A stretch of DNA of 64,000 nucleotides from Octopus sinensis. Lineage: Eukaryota. Location: positions 105,214,001-105,278,000 of the forward strand of contig NC_043000.1 in assembly GCF_006345805.1 (NCBI RefSeq), read 5' to 3'. The position numbers and the translations under genes were made by a program. Shown here one piece after another: positions 1 through 14,069 of this stretch. The notes below the pieces were generated by a model that saw nothing but the letters and a program-made list of their open reading frames with translations, did not search any database and was not told the DNA's origin. Numbering within the stretch: the stretch's first letter is position 1; each line of letters opens with the position of its first letter.

Positions 1-680
1 TTCTTTTTAATGAAGCGCATCTTGGAACATCTGAATTGTTTAAATAGAAATAATTCTCAAAGAATAAATATTCTGCTACCAAATGAAGATTGTCAGCATC
101 AATTTTTTTAAGCAATTTATCCAATTTATATATGGAATTCTTGCGATTACATTTATACCCAAGTAAGACCGGGCACATCCACTAGCATATATGTGTATAT
201 ATACATATGTGTGCGTGCGCGCATATATATATACATATACATATTTATATATACTTATATATACACATATATACTTATGTAACATATATACATATATATA
301 TATATATGTATTTATGTATATACTTATAATATGAGTGTACTTAGTTATACACATAATCATGCCAATCACCTATTTTGTTCTTTTTTTCTTTTTTTTTTTT
401 TGCTTCCATTAATTATCAATCAACAGTTTCCATGGAATTATTTATTTCCAGAAATAGCTGCTGTCATACACAACACTAGAATTCTTAACGAAAGACAAAA
501 GCATTAAGCCTAAAACCATTAAAAGCTTATCAATAAACTCAGTGGTAATATATCATATTTATCATAATTATTAGGGTAGAAACATATTTAGCCACGAAAA
601 AGTAAAGGAATGGTAATAAACAAAAGACACACGCGCACACAAGCGCACGCATACACACACATGCACACACATGATGATGA

Positions 681-796
<116 letters not shown>

Positions 797-811
797 TGAC
801 GAAGCAGTAAT

Positions 812-1192
812 GTTTGTGTAGTTAAGAAATTTGCTAAGAAACGACGTGATTTTAGATTCAGTTCCACAGTGCAGCACGTTGGACTAGTGTTTTCTACTCT
901 AGCCAATGCATTGTGAGTGAAGTTGATGGACACGGAAACTGTGTGGAAACCCATCGTGTATATGTGTGTGTGGGTGGGGGTGTTTCTCTTGTTTATATAT
1001 CTGTGTTTGTCGCTCCACTGTTTTAGAACTGGTGTTCGTTTGCTTACGTTCCCATAAATTAGCACTTCGGCAAAAGAAAATGATAGAATAAATACCATAC
1101 TTAAAAGTAAATACTGAGATCGATCTGTTCGATTAAACCCTTCAAGGCTGTACTCCAGCATGTCCGCAGTCTAATGACTGGAACAAATAAAT
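812..1192 (+). mobile_element. Degenerate CORE-type tRNA-derived SINE
   Basis: Matches the intact copy at 62540-62929: ttcagttccacagtgcagcacgttgg...ttgtgagtga...gacacggaaact...tactccagcatgtccgcagtctaatgactggaacaaataaa. Confidence 0.75.
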
Positions 1193-1207
1193 CAATATGA
1201 GTTCATG

Positions 1208-1235
1208 AGTGTGTGCGTGCACGCGTGTGTATATT

Positions 1236-1266
<31 letters not shown>

Positions 1267-1280
1267 TGTGTGTGTGTGTG

Positions 1281-1313
<33 letters not shown>

Positions 1314-1320
1314 GTGTGTG
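1208..1320. repeat. (GT)n microsatellite
   Basis: Direct tandem repeat. Confidence 0.95.
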
Positions 1321-1526
1321 AGATTTGTATGATGGAAATTAGTAAATTGGGAGATAATCAACCAATCACGCATTGTTATATATTTGTAACTATCCAAGAA
1401 AATCAGGGATGTTACGATGGAAGCACCCAGCAATAACATCCGAAATAACCCTTGCAATAAACTTTCTACTTAAGCTATCAGAGCAAACTTTTGAACGTAA
1501 TGTTCCGGTGTAAGCTTAATTATGAG

Positions 1527-1715
1527 GTTCTAATTTAGGTACAAGGCCAGCAGTTCTGACGATTCAGGGTTAGTTGATACCATCGACCCACCCCACCCCC
1601 ACCGTTCTAGATTAGTACCTTGTTTTAGCCAGCTTGGTAAGATGAAAGCCAATGTTGACTTTGGCGTGATTTGAACCTAGAGCGCAAGGAAGCAGAAGAT
1701 ATATTGCCAGGCATT
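1527..1715 (-). mobile_element. Degenerate Meta/MESC-domain SINE
   Basis: tttaggtacaaggccagcag...catcgaccc...gatgaaagccaatgttgactttggcgtgatttgaac resembles the reverse complement of the family consensus. Confidence 0.65.
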
Positions 1716-2697
1716 TGTTGTTTTTCGTTTTGTTCGCTTTTGTTGTGGTTCACCACCTTTACATAAGCATTAACATAGATAGCAAACCTACACGTTTCTG
1801 TTGGAGAATATAGTGACACAAGAGTCTGCATGCCGTTATCTTTGAAATATGAAACCGCCGGCTAAAATAAGTTTAGAAAATCTGATATGGGGGAAAACGT
1901 TTTAATATCCAACTCATATCTATATTTAAGTTACATAACTATGAATTTATAAAAATTAAAAAATTTTTATTTTTCTCAGTACCAACGTACCCCGGCAGGT
2001 TCTTATGTACTTTGAATTAACATATACTGAAATGTTCTTCCACCTCTGCTTAGCACGATCGCTCGATCAGCTTGAAACATTTAAATTTCCTTGAAGTCAC
2101 ACTCCACTGTATAACGTAGTCCTAGATACGTCAAGCATGACGAGTTGGTACCATCGATCCTAGCCCACCGCCACCGTTCTAGACTAGTATTTTGTTTTAA
2201 CCAACTTGACGCAACTACAACATAGGTATTACAGAACTTCATTTCTCTAATGTAAATAAATATGACTCCTAGTAGCCATATGATGCTAGATTCCCCGACG
2301 GATTCGACGATGGATATCCAGCTGTTTGGTTCAACTGAATTCCTACTTACTCTGTAAGCGGCTGAGTATGCGTGTAAACTTAATAAAAATCTTAGGTCGA
2401 ATAAATTTTCAAGTGTCGTCACAATTTGACAAGACTTAGACATTTTGAAACCCATATACAATCCAGAGAGAGAAGAATCTGCTCCTCCATATGACTGGTA
2501 CAATTTTATTGGTCCCACAAGGATAAAAGACTTCAGGGAATATTGTAAGCATTCTATCTGACTTCTTATGGATTCTACAGATTTTCAGGTTTTGTGCTCG
2601 TAATAAAACACAGAAAACTAAAGGAAGCATATACCGTGGAGCCAGACGTATGAAAATTGGCTTATGAGTATGTACCAGTTCGTGTGTGTGGTTATGC

Positions 2698-2728
<31 letters not shown>

Positions 2729-3671
2729 CGTGTTTATATTGTTGCACTGCCCCAGGTCAGATCCTGCCTGTACTAAACAGTTTTCAATTTTTGTATTCAT
2801 ATAACAAATCCATCTCTCCGAATTTCCCTCTGAGTCCGAAAAACGAGAGGTGAGTCTTCCAACCATCTAGATATAGAAACTAAATCTCTTCCAATTTACA
2901 TCCTTCTCTCTTAGAAAAACAAATTGGATAGTGTGGCCTTGAGTGCACTCTGTTTAAGAAAGAGACAGGCTAACCCCAGCTGGAAAACATTTGAGCACAG
3001 ATCAAGGTGACCTGGATCTAGCAACAACTGTAACAGACAAAACATCAAAAACAACACATCCAGTAGCACAGCAGTTAAGTTGAGGTCTTTAAAACTTAAA
3101 GATTTTGAATTGGTAGTTGAATAATTAACGGGGAGCTTATACCTTAGTACATGCAAGGTTTTTCAGTTGCAGTTCCTTTCAAACTCACCTAAAGATACTA
3201 ACTATAAATCCATAACAACTGCAACCGCTAAAGCAGCGAGTATTAGTTATCTCAAATAATCGTGATTTTAATTTTTTGATTTGAGAGCATGGTAGGAGCT
3301 TGTCCTTCTTAAAATGCAGTTTTACAAGTAAACTTAGCTTCGCGTCTGGGGAGAGGTCATCAAAGGACTGTGATTTTCAAATAATTTCGTAAACAAATTT
3401 AGAGCTATTGTCACAAGAGGTAAGAAATATTTTCCTTAATAAACGTGGGGTGGGGAAAATACAGTAAGAGGTAGCTGCAACAGAGAAGAGTATTTGCACA
3501 ATATCAACCACGCCCTTGCAGTTAGGCTGATGTGAAGCAGGTACGTATGCGGGACAATGTGCGCATGTCTCTGTGTGTGTATGATGATTACTTAAGTTAT
3601 TATGTATTTGTAATTTCGTATATGTGCGTATGCGTGTACGTGTTGATTGTGTGCATTTATGTTGTATTGCG

Positions 3672-3747
<76 letters not shown>
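3672..3747. repeat. (TA)n microsatellite
   Basis: Direct tandem repeat. Confidence 0.95.
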
Positions 3748-3749
<2 letters not shown>

Positions 3750-4654
3750 TTTTTGTATTTGGTTTGCAAGATTCTTATGTGAATTCGTGTGTTGAAGCAT
3801 ATTTTATTGTCTGGAGAGTCATGCATAATACGCACACACAAATAGTTAATACATAATACACATACGCACATGCACACACACATACACAGCAACGCACATA
3901 CACACGTACAACACGCACACATGTACATCCAACCACCATCCCCCCTCACACACACACATATGATAAACATAATGCAAGGAAGCTGGTGGTCGCTGCCTTG
4001 TTAAAATTATTACTATTTGGAAGGCACAAAACCATTACATTAAAATTGACTTAGGGAATGGAATATAAAACGTTTCGTACATATCCCTCTTCACGGATCT
4101 GTCTTCGTGATGACAGGGGGAAAAGGAGAAAAAGTAACAGAGTTTTGCATCATCTACGTGTGGACGATTGGCTGCAAGTGATGGGAACGCAATGCACAGT
4201 CAGCTTATATATTCAGACAAAAGGTAGTAAGAATGGACAACTAAGTAACAGGAAAAAAAAAAGAAATGAAATGCAAAAGTGGTGCTGATTTGAGTAATGG
4301 AGGAGGGAAAATTAAAGTAAGAAGGAACATGAAGGGTAAATATGCAATTAGTGTAGTGGGAAGAGATGAAAATGTAGAAGGAAAGACGGTTATTTAAAAC
4401 CGTCGGTTTTATGATACCGTATTTGATCATGAAACATTTTTCTTTCCATTTCTTTGTGTGTGTGTATCGATGGTGTGCATAAATACTGCAAATCACCCAA
4501 ACTTATACACTGCATCATCTACAAACTCTACACTTTACATTGGCCATTACATGCGTGAACACATTCAAAGCACACTACTACATATGACGTGCCAGTCCGT
4601 TGCCACCCACTTCAACACAACAAGCCCACATCTTCCACACCTCTGTATATCCTA

Positions 4655-4872
4655 CATTGTTGTAGAGCAGAAAAAGAAGTAATTTCTACTCTTCTCCTCT
4701 GGAAGCCATCTACTCGCAATACCAGAGGGCGCACACTCTCCTACCCTGATGTAATCTCCAGGGATACAGGCATCCAACAACAGGACCTCCGTAATGCCAT
4801 GATGGACCGTGAAGTCTGGCGTAGCATGGTAAATTCCATTGTCTCGACCACGGTCGAACAATGATGATGATG
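4655..4872 (+). mobile_element. 5'-truncated RTE-clade LINE 3' end with target-site duplication
   Basis: Translates HCCRAEKEVISTLLLWKP...RGRTLSYPDVISRDTG...AMMDREVWRSMV, a typical RTE ORF C-terminus; (TGA)n tail; 8-bp direct repeat atatccta at 4647-4654 and 4873-4880. Confidence 0.88.
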
Positions 4873-4910
4873 ATATCCTAATTGCGAAACCATCGTTATT
4901 ATTATCTCCA

Positions 4911-5350
4911 GGGCGGTGAATTTGCCGAAGTATAAGTGTGTCGAACTTATACTATGATATTTAGTTACTTCTCTTTAAGTTCTGAGTTTAAATTCTGCTG
5001 AGCTCAACTTTGCCTCTCATCTTTTCGAGATTTATAAAATAAGTAGCAGTCAAGTACTGGGGTCGATGGTATCGACTAAGCCCCTCCCCTCAAAATTTCT
5101 TGTTGTGTACCTCAAATAGAAAGCATCACTATCATCCTTAGCAGCAGCAGCAGCTCGGTGGATTAACAGATTCGTTAGAGTGTTGGGGAAAGTATTTGTT
5201 CCGATTCTTTATGTTCTGAGTTCAAATTCTTCTGAGGCTATCATAGTTTTCCGTCCTTTCCAGGTCGATAAAATAAAGTACCAGCAAATTACTGCAGTCA
5301 ATAATATCGACTTCCCCTTCCCCTTAAATCTGCTGGGCTAAATCAGAAAA
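4911..5350 (+). mobile_element. Two tandem degenerate Meta/MESC-domain SINE copies (about 4911-5123 and 5155-5350)
   Basis: Each has a gttctgagtt(t/c)aaattc B-box region and a degraded cctttc...gtcgataaaataa(a)gtaccag domain. Confidence 0.75.
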
Positions 5351-6097
5351 TTATTGCTATTGTTGTTGTTGTTATTATTAATGAGGTTGGAGATTTTGAA
5401 TAACAACATCTATTAATTAACCATTTATACTCTGTTTCCATAGAATCTAGTCCCCAGGGTGGAAATACAATGAAATTTTTTTTCTGTGATTCCGAATGAA
5501 ACGCAAACCATGTCATCTGAGTAAAATAGCGCTTATAAGCAGGTGTGTTTGAGGTTGCGTCTGCACATGCATGCATATCTGTGTGTATGTCCGTGTGAGG
5601 GGGAGGGCAAGTGTGTGTGTGTGTGTGTTTGCACTTTCATGACTATGTGTTGTTTTTGATTAGGCAAACCTATGGTGAAGGGATTTTCCAGCCATCTTTT
5701 ATCGTGATATAGCGTTGCTAAGATAGAATGGCGAGATCCGGCTGCTAATTTTACCAATTCTAATAAACGCTTAGAGACCGCTTCGTGTGTATTCGCATGT
5801 GTGTGTTGCATGTGTGCCTATGTCTATGTGTGTGTGCGCACTTGTCTATGTGTGTGTATTCCCGCTTGTGCGCGTGTGTTTCTGTTTTCCTTTTTCTAAA
5901 CATAAATGATTTGCCGCTAGGAAGAATTCATAAATTACACTTGCTGCATTAATAGCTCGTTAATTAACAAGATCTGCTTAATTAGCTAGTTAGTGAGATA
6001 GATGAATAGACACACAGACAGACAGACGGACGGGCAGATATAAATATATATACATATGTGTGTATATATATGTGTATGTATATATATATATATATAG

Positions 6098-6214
<117 letters not shown>

Positions 6215-6584
6215 GTCTGTACCCACAACTTCTCTGTATACAGAATATAATTCGCACGTGCACCCATAATCAGTAGTACGCTCTGATAGGTTATTAAGAG
6301 CTTCTGTGGCAATCTAAAACAGCCAGGATGTTCAAATCAAGAAAGTGACCAACTAACACACACTTTACAAATCCAATCTTTGAAATATACAGTAAGATGT
6401 ATGACGCTTTTTTTTTAACAGGTAAGTCTTTGCTATCGTTGTTACCCAGATTCCAGGGACAGCTTTCTTCATTATAAGCCATTATACTGCTATATGTGAA
6501 ACGTTCAAAAACCTTGTGAATTAGAAAAAGGAAGACAAGAAACATACATGCAAACACACATATACACAGTTACATAGCTACATG

Positions 6585-6628
<44 letters not shown>

Positions 6629-7089
6629 TGTGTGGTGTGTGTATTTGGTGAACGTTCCTTTTTAAAAACGGATTAAAAGGATATTCAAATGCTTCTGGGA
6701 AGCAGCGTAACAATATGCTAACAAAAATATTCCCCAGTACTTTGAAATAGAATAACTAAGTAGTACTTCGAGAATTAATTTGTTGTCAAACAAAAGGTGT
6801 TAGAAAATGTGTGACGTATTTTTATTAAATTTTCATGTGCAAATATGTTCCCGTATTCACGTACAAAGTGTGGTGGTTTCAACTCTTCAAGTATCAAGTC
6901 AAATATCAGATGTACTCATTTGTTTTTATACGCGCGCGTATATGCATGTGTGTGCTGAGAAATGGAGAGAAATATATGTCGTTATTAAGGGGAAAAAATT
7001 TAGACAGGTAAAAGAATAAAGAGACATGCTAGTTAATAAGGATAGTAATATGTAAAAAGTTATCTGGGAAAGATAGATCAATAAATATA

Positions 7090-7305
7090 TTCTTTTCTAC
7101 TCTAGGCACAAGGCTCGAAATATTTGGGATGGGGACCAGTCGATTAGATCGACCCCAGTACATAACTGGTACTTAATTTATCGACCCCGAAAGGATGAAA
7201 GGCAAAGTCCACCTCGACGGAATTTGAACTCAGAACGTAAAGACAGACGAAATACCGCCAAGCATTTTGCCCGGTGCGCTAACGTTTCTGCCAGTTCACC
7301 GCCTT
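7090..7305 (-). mobile_element. Full-length tRNA-headed Meta/MESC-domain SINE with 13-bp TSD
   Basis: Reverse strand reads aaggcggtgaactggcagaaacgttagc...gttctgagttcaaattcc...gactttgcctttcatcctttcggggtcgataaattaagtaccag; TSD atcaataaatata at 7077-7089 and 7308-7320. Confidence 0.93.
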
Positions 7306-7777
7306 AAATCAATAAATATACTCACATATACAGAGGTGCACACACATACACGAATACACACAGCACACGCGCACACACACAAGGACACACACATACACAA
7401 TCACTCTAATGAAACTTGTATACACATGCAGAAAGATACAGTACACAAGCATACTCAAAGCAACAGAGAAAAAATCTATACAGAGAAACAAGGACAGATG
7501 CACGCATGCACACTACAAACACACAAACACACACACACACACACACACACACTTACACATACGGACACACGCACACACGCACACACACACACACACATAC
7601 ATGCACCTATGTACCTAATCACTATATCATCTATGAAAATTTAACACACCCTGAAATGGAAATGCCCAGGTACACACACGTATACACATAAATACACACA
7701 AACACGTAATTGTACATCTAATCACCATTCTGTCAACGATAATCAGATACCCTAAACATGCACATACACACACACTC

Positions 7778-7809
<32 letters not shown>

Positions 7810-8039
7810 TATATACGCACACACACATACACACAGCTAATCACCGTAATCAACATCTCCTTCAATGAAAATCAAACACGTAATTACGTTGTTATAATGA
7901 GCAATCACATAGCTACAGCTTGCTGCGTGATTGGAGCTCTTGATGCAGTAATAAAGACAAGTCTTTCGTTTCTCCGCAACCACAACGCAAACTTCTAAAA
8001 CAATTACAGATATCACCAACCCAACACACACAACGAAGG

Positions 8040-8232
8040 CTATGAGCAAATGATAGGGCCTCTTCTTTGAAATCAAACACCCTACCACCTTAAAAAACGA
8101 ACGCATAACAATAATGTAACCCTGGGTTCCTTGCACATAGGATAAAGACGGGACGGTCACGGTTGGAAACGCATTTGGTCATAGGTATTCTTGATCAATG
8201 TTGAAAAGGTGCTTAACATCAACAACAGCAAC
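8040..8232 (+). repeat. Copy of an old unassigned interspersed repeat (further copies listed in findings)
   Basis: aaatcaaacaccctaccaccttaaaaa...ataatgtaaccctgg...gggacggtcacggttggaaacgcatttggtcatagg recurs degenerate across the window. Confidence 0.65.
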
Positions 8233-11171
8233 AAACATTAGGTATACCACGCACCACTTCATGATACACTGCATCGCCACTTACCAGCTAATCACCGACA
8301 CATCATTGCTATTTCATGCTGTTCTACCTCCAGCTACGGCCATTAGATTACACAGCTTCGTCATGCCATCAATATGCAACACTGTTCCACGGCACATCAC
8401 CATACACTATATCATTCCTCACCAGCAAATTCCTTTCAAATCATTATCACACATTACTGTGTTGCCAATACACTCTCAGTCGCATGGTGCAATATTACTA
8501 CCACAATAACAAGTAGCAATCATCACTGTCATTATATCATTTCACCCCCAACAGCTACTAGATTCCACATAACACCATAATACTTCTGAACAATACCACC
8601 ATTTCTGCCCAAGCGCTCAGCAACACATCGCTACCACAGCCACCATCACACACGGTCAAAGCTATCACTAATAGGAAACCAAAATATGTGCTGAGGGAGA
8701 TTTGTTTCTAGTAGATCGAGCGACTAAGTAGGGACTATCTTTCGTATTATGGAAGCTCGACTGCTACGCAGGCAAAAAGTTATCATTTCTGTAACTCTAG
8801 CATAGTATAAGTAAACAAATTCTGTATAGCGTAAGCTAGGTACCACAGTAATAACATGTTATAACAAATATTATACCTACACTAAGAAACCTAACAATTA
8901 AAAACGTTTAATGTCTCCCTTACTTTTTCGATAATGTTAACTAAGCCCTAATATTTACTCCAATACTATATGATATCCAAAGAAAAATGGGAAATACTCG
9001 AACTCACCGTTTTAATTACCACCAACGCAGCTTGGTACCAGTATTACAAAACACTGTCAATTAAACTAGGCTGTCTTGAAATCTTCAAGTCCTGATTTCA
9101 TTTTATTCTCAAAAATCAGAGCAACAAAATACGAGCTAATGGTGTTGCTCAATCTTTAAGAAATAATACCGAAATTTCCCTCAAACTACACTTTCAACGC
9201 TTCTTTAAATAATGTAGACACACCGGATAATGTAGTCGTAGGTACACAATATCTGCAAAAGAGGTCCATCACGGCCGGAATGATTTCGACATATGTCAAC
9301 TTAATCAGGCCTGTGTGGAGCTAAACTAGATTACGCATGCGATGGTAAGCCATGTTGAGATTAAATACTGGAGAAAGAGTAGTTTGAGACCGGGGATAGT
9401 TACACAGGCGAAGTTGAACTCAGTGCTGCTGGATAACGGTGTGAACAAGAAGTCGTTCATATCTTAAAGACATTTGGCAAATAGTTGTGCGAATAAGGGG
9501 CACGTTTTACAACCATGGCGTTTTGTGTTTGATACCATTGCGTGGATCTTGGATGAATGTCATCCACTTAGATTGACTGATACTTTATGAGCTGAAATTT
9601 ATCTATACACAAACACACACACACATATGTACTATATGAATGTATGTTTACACTTTTGTAATAAGGAACAAAAGAAAGTGTACTCAAATGGGAGCGAAGT
9701 ATAATAAAATTTTTTAACTGAAAGTCATTGACCATTTCACTTGTGTTTCCGCACTTCGTCAAGAAACAAGTATGGCGGAACAACCATAGCTAGAGGGCAG
9801 AAAAGCACACGCCGCAGTTGTCTACATACATAATACTTCAACTGAAATTTATATACTCAAATGAAATTTTCACAGCATGTCCCATATTAGATCAACAGTT
9901 GCGATCTGTTCCAGTACACCAGACCTCTAAACGAATACGCAACCGCATAATATACAGGCTTTTAAACTTGCCTTGCGGGTTTCAGTTACATCACAGCCAA
10001 CTTACGGGGGCTAGTCAGCCTAGGGCATAGCACCTAAACGATAGTCTCATCTTGATGGTTATACTTGTATTTATACACATAGTATATCACGAATTCCAAA
10101 GGCTATTACAGTGAAAATTTGAATTTTTAATCTTCGACCCTTAAATCTGTACCACATAATATCATGTAGGTGTTAAGCTTTCTTATTTTGGGGGTTGGAG
10201 GAGGGTTCTACCATCTGCTTGAGTAGACTGAGCAATTGAAAAATTGCAGCACAAATGTTACCTATCATAAGGTATACGGACGTCAACCACGTCCGTTTCT
10301 CTTGATACCAGTGAACGGATCCAAAACATGATTCCCTTGACCAGACATGTGACTATGGATGAAGTGACAAGTAATATACAAATTAGTATTGGTTATGTGT
10401 ATGAAGTCTTACACGATAGACTCAATCATAATTAACATAACAACATCTTATTTCAGATTGTAAGTTACCTGGTCTGCGTTTCATTTGATTAGGCAAAAAG
10501 AGAGAAACTATGCCTTAAAATGTACATGTAACTAATTTTTCTGCTAATATGAAAAATACAAGTGCATTCCACATAATTAATGATCTGTTGTATAATATAT
10601 ATGAGCGCACGTGTGTGCGCGTGCATCTATGTGTAACTGCATATTTATGCATACATGTATACGTGAGTGTGTTTGTGTGTGATCTTTTGCCCCAGATTTC
10701 CCGGGCTGATGCCTACTCGATATCCTTATATGTTGTTTCTAACATGTGAGTCGCTATCTTCTTCTCCCTATTACTCCTTCCAGTTTTGGAAGCCTTATAA
10801 AGGTCATGGCGCCGCTCTTCCTTCTCATATTTAAACCCTTAAAATAAAAGGTACATATGAAACAAAGGTGTACAGAAATGGCTTCGCCATTTTGTTCACA
10901 TCTTCGAATTTCTGTTCAGTGTTTTACTTGTGTCTGTTCGACTGAATCTAAATAATTTCTGTCATATCCACCACCCAAATCAATGTTGATGTTTTCTTTA
11001 CTGTAAACATACGAACTATGAAACCAACGCCCTTCGTCAATGTGGAATAGGGTGTGGTAAAGAGCAGACGTGCCCTTCCTCTCCCTGTCTGTCTATATAT
11101 ATATAGACTATACATATAGTGAGAGAGGGGGAGGGAACACAGTGAGAGACATAGGTATGTTTATATGAATG

Positions 11172-11209
<38 letters not shown>

Positions 11210-11571
11210 AAGAGAGTGGGGTAGGAAGATATGTACCGGTTTGTGTGCGTCTGTGCGTGTTTGTACGTGTGTGTGTGTCTTCGTGTATGTGTGTGTATGT
11301 GTGTGTATGTATGGAGAAAGAGAGAAAGGTGCAGGTACATAAGAAATTTAGTGTGAATGTCGGTGGGTAGAAAAGATGAATAGGTAGGTAGCTAGATTGC
11401 TAACCAGATAAGTAGTTGTGAGGGGAGGTGGGTGCTTGCTAACGAAGGCTGAGATATACATATATACATTGCATACATACACATACACGCACGCACACAC
11501 ACACATATAGTGAAAGAAAAAAAGAGGTATAAATAGATGAAACGAAGAAAAAAGTTTGAAATGAAGAGGAC

Positions 11572-11624
<53 letters not shown>
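11572..11624. repeat. (TAA)n microsatellite
   Basis: Direct tandem repeat at the tail of a SINE. Confidence 0.95.
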
Positions 11625-11625
<1 letters not shown>

Positions 11626-11996
11626 GAACGAGGCGTGCAACTTCGGACGGTGGTGGGGTTAAGTCGATAACATCGACCCTAGTGTTCAACTAGTATTTAT
11701 TTTATCGACCCCGAAAGGATGAAAGGTAAAGTCGACCTCGGTGGAATTTGAACTCAGAACGTAACGACAGACGAAATGCCGCTAAGCATATTATTGCTCG
11801 GTGTGCTAACAACTCTGCTATCTCACCGCCCAATAATAATAATCGCTTCAAATTTTGGCACAAGGCCAACAAGCTCGGAGGAGGGGTTAAGTCGATACAT
11901 GAACCCCAACACTCAACTGGTAATCATTTTATCGACCCAGAAAAGATGAAAGGCAAACTCGACTTCGGCAGAATTTGAACGGACGAAATACCGCGA
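11625..11996 (-). mobile_element. Two tandem Meta/MESC-domain SINE copies (about 11625-11830 and 11846-11996)
   Basis: ttttatcgaccc(c/a)gaaa(g/a)gatgaaagg...gac(c/t)tcgg...gaatttgaac in both copies. Confidence 0.88.
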
Positions 11997-12169
11997 AACC
12001 GATCCTTTCAGCTCAAGTAGAGGCTGTGGTAACAGATAACTATGAAAATACATGGAGAGAAAACGACAGAAATCAAGCAAGAATACAGCCACAGACATGA
12101 CAGAATGAGTTATTACATACACTGGAAGTTATGCCAGCATTATGAAATAACAAAAGAAAAGAGATGATA

Positions 12170-12300
12170 TAGAGAAGCACTAGAAAAGATCTCCGAGAAT
12201 GGCAAAACAACTCTGGGATATGCTAATAAACACAGAGAAATCAAAGCTAACCAACTAGATATTGTTATCAAGGACTACCAGGATAAGAAATGCCTCCGAA
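12170..12300 (+). mobile_element. Degraded R4/Dong restriction-like endonuclease remnant
   Basis: With frameshifts reads ENGKTT.LWDMLIN..REIKANQLDIVIKDYQDKKCL, matching the LWD...T...I.ANRPDI.I.D motif of the copy at 56226-56880. Confidence 0.6.
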
Positions 12301-12836
12301 ATACCCCTCAGCACAAACCTTGTTATTTAATAATAATAATTTTTAATTTCTCTATAAGCACGTCGGATGAGAGGGATATTATACGGACATATGCCAAAAG
12401 CGTTGGAGATTTAAAAAGCCAATATCAATGAAGTACAGGTAAATCCTTGATGATGTCTAAAACAAACTTCTGCAAAATTTACTTTTCTCTCATTTTGTTC
12501 ACAAACGCCATTTTAGTATGTTCAATACAGGGCGTTTCCAAACTTTGCCTTAACATGTAGTGCATTGCATCATTAACACCATTACCACATCAACACCACT
12601 ACCACCCAGCCAGTAAATACTATTACATCATCGTCATCACCATCATCATCATCATATTCATATTCATATTCCTTATCATCATTGAAATTTTATCTTCATT
12701 ATCATTAACATTATTACATCATCATCATCAGAAGCCGTGAGGCACTGCATACACTATCTCAGATAATTTATTTTTTCAGTGGAAGCTTCTTATGTAATAC
12801 TTTAGACCCTTTCGGCACTGTTTCTGTTTTCTAATC

Positions 12837-12970
12837 GTTGTTGTTGTTGTTGTTGTTGTTGTTGCTGAAGCTGTTGCTGTTGTTGTTGTTGTTGTTGTTG
12901 TTGTTGATGATGCTGTTGATGCTGTTGATGCTGTTGATGCTGTTGTTGTTGTTGCTACTGCTGCTGTTGC
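12837..12970. repeat. (TTG/CTG/ATG)n compound trinucleotide repeat
   Basis: Direct tandem repeat; source of the poly-L ORF. Confidence 0.93.
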
Positions 12971-13698
12971 TTTTGTCGCTCACTTTATTTCTGGTTGTTG
13001 TTAGTTTAATCGGTCGCGAGTAACTTGCAGACCGCGGTATTTTCTGAATGGCTCAGCTAACGAAAAGTTACCTTAAATTTCTATTTTTTTTAGTAGTGCG
13101 GCCCGCTTGATGCTGATTCATGTCTCAAGTGGCCCACTTCTCGAAAAAAAGGTTGCCCCATACCCATTTTTATTCCTTTTGTAGTGGGACTGATGTTAGT
13201 AGTAGTGGTGATTGATGGTGAGTGATATTGATATCAATGGTAAAGCTGATGATGATGATGATGATGAGGAGGAGGAGGAGGAGGAGGAGGAGGGGGGAAG
13301 AGGAGGAGGGGAGGAGGAGGGGAGGAGGATGGCGGAGGTGGTGATGGTTGTGGTGTTAATGGCGATGGTAGTGATGCTGCTGCTAGTGACGGCATTTGTG
13401 GCTGTGGATGCGATGGTAGTATTTGGAGAAGTAAAAGTAGCGATGTCAGCGGTGGTGAGAAGGATGTTAGCTATGGTGGTGGTGGAGATGTCGATAGCAT
13501 ATAGTATGGTGTTGGTGGAGCCGAAGGTTAAGGCTTTTGTTATGCTGTTCTTGTTCTGAACATTGTTTCTGTTCAGTTTGGCTCAGATTACAGAAAATCT
13601 ATGAATTGTAGTGCCTCATACAAGTGCATCTTGTCCTAATAAATGTATTTGCATACACATACACACACACATGAATGTAAGTGTGTGTGTGTGTTTGC

Positions 13699-13737
<39 letters not shown>

Positions 13738-13836
13738 CATACATACATATCTGTGTGTATGTATATACATATATATATGCACATACGTACATAAATACGT
13801 ACATACATACATATATAATATACTTATGTGTGTAGG

Positions 13837-13869
<33 letters not shown>

Positions 13870-14069
13870 TATATATATTTATAGATAATTTTATGTGTGT
13901 TGGTACACTTATACGCATCCATACTCACCGACATAATGCGTGTATATGTGTGTGTGTGTTGTGTGTGGTGTGTGTGTGTTGTGTGTGTGTGTGTGTGTGT
14001 GTGTTTGTGTGTATTTTCGAGGTGTATGTGATTATGCATATACTGATAATATCTAAGAGTACATATAGG

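Noticed and set aside
2840-2860. Strong donor-like site gag/gtgagt
   Set aside because: No upstream acceptor or exon that I can support; adjacent sequence resembles the old interspersed repeat
10275-10297. Hairpin acggacg-tcaacca-cgtccgt
   Set aside because: Too short, and not followed by CTRR, so not supportable as a Helitron end or RNA element
13090-13165. hAT-like terminal sequence (gtggcccacttctcgaaaaaaaggttgcccc)
   Set aside because: Only one degenerate end is visible, with no matching TIR or 8-bp TSD
13212-13559. 115-aa ORF with an acidic stretch and hydrophobic tail
   Set aside because: Derived from decayed (GAT/GAG/GTG)n trinucleotide repeats
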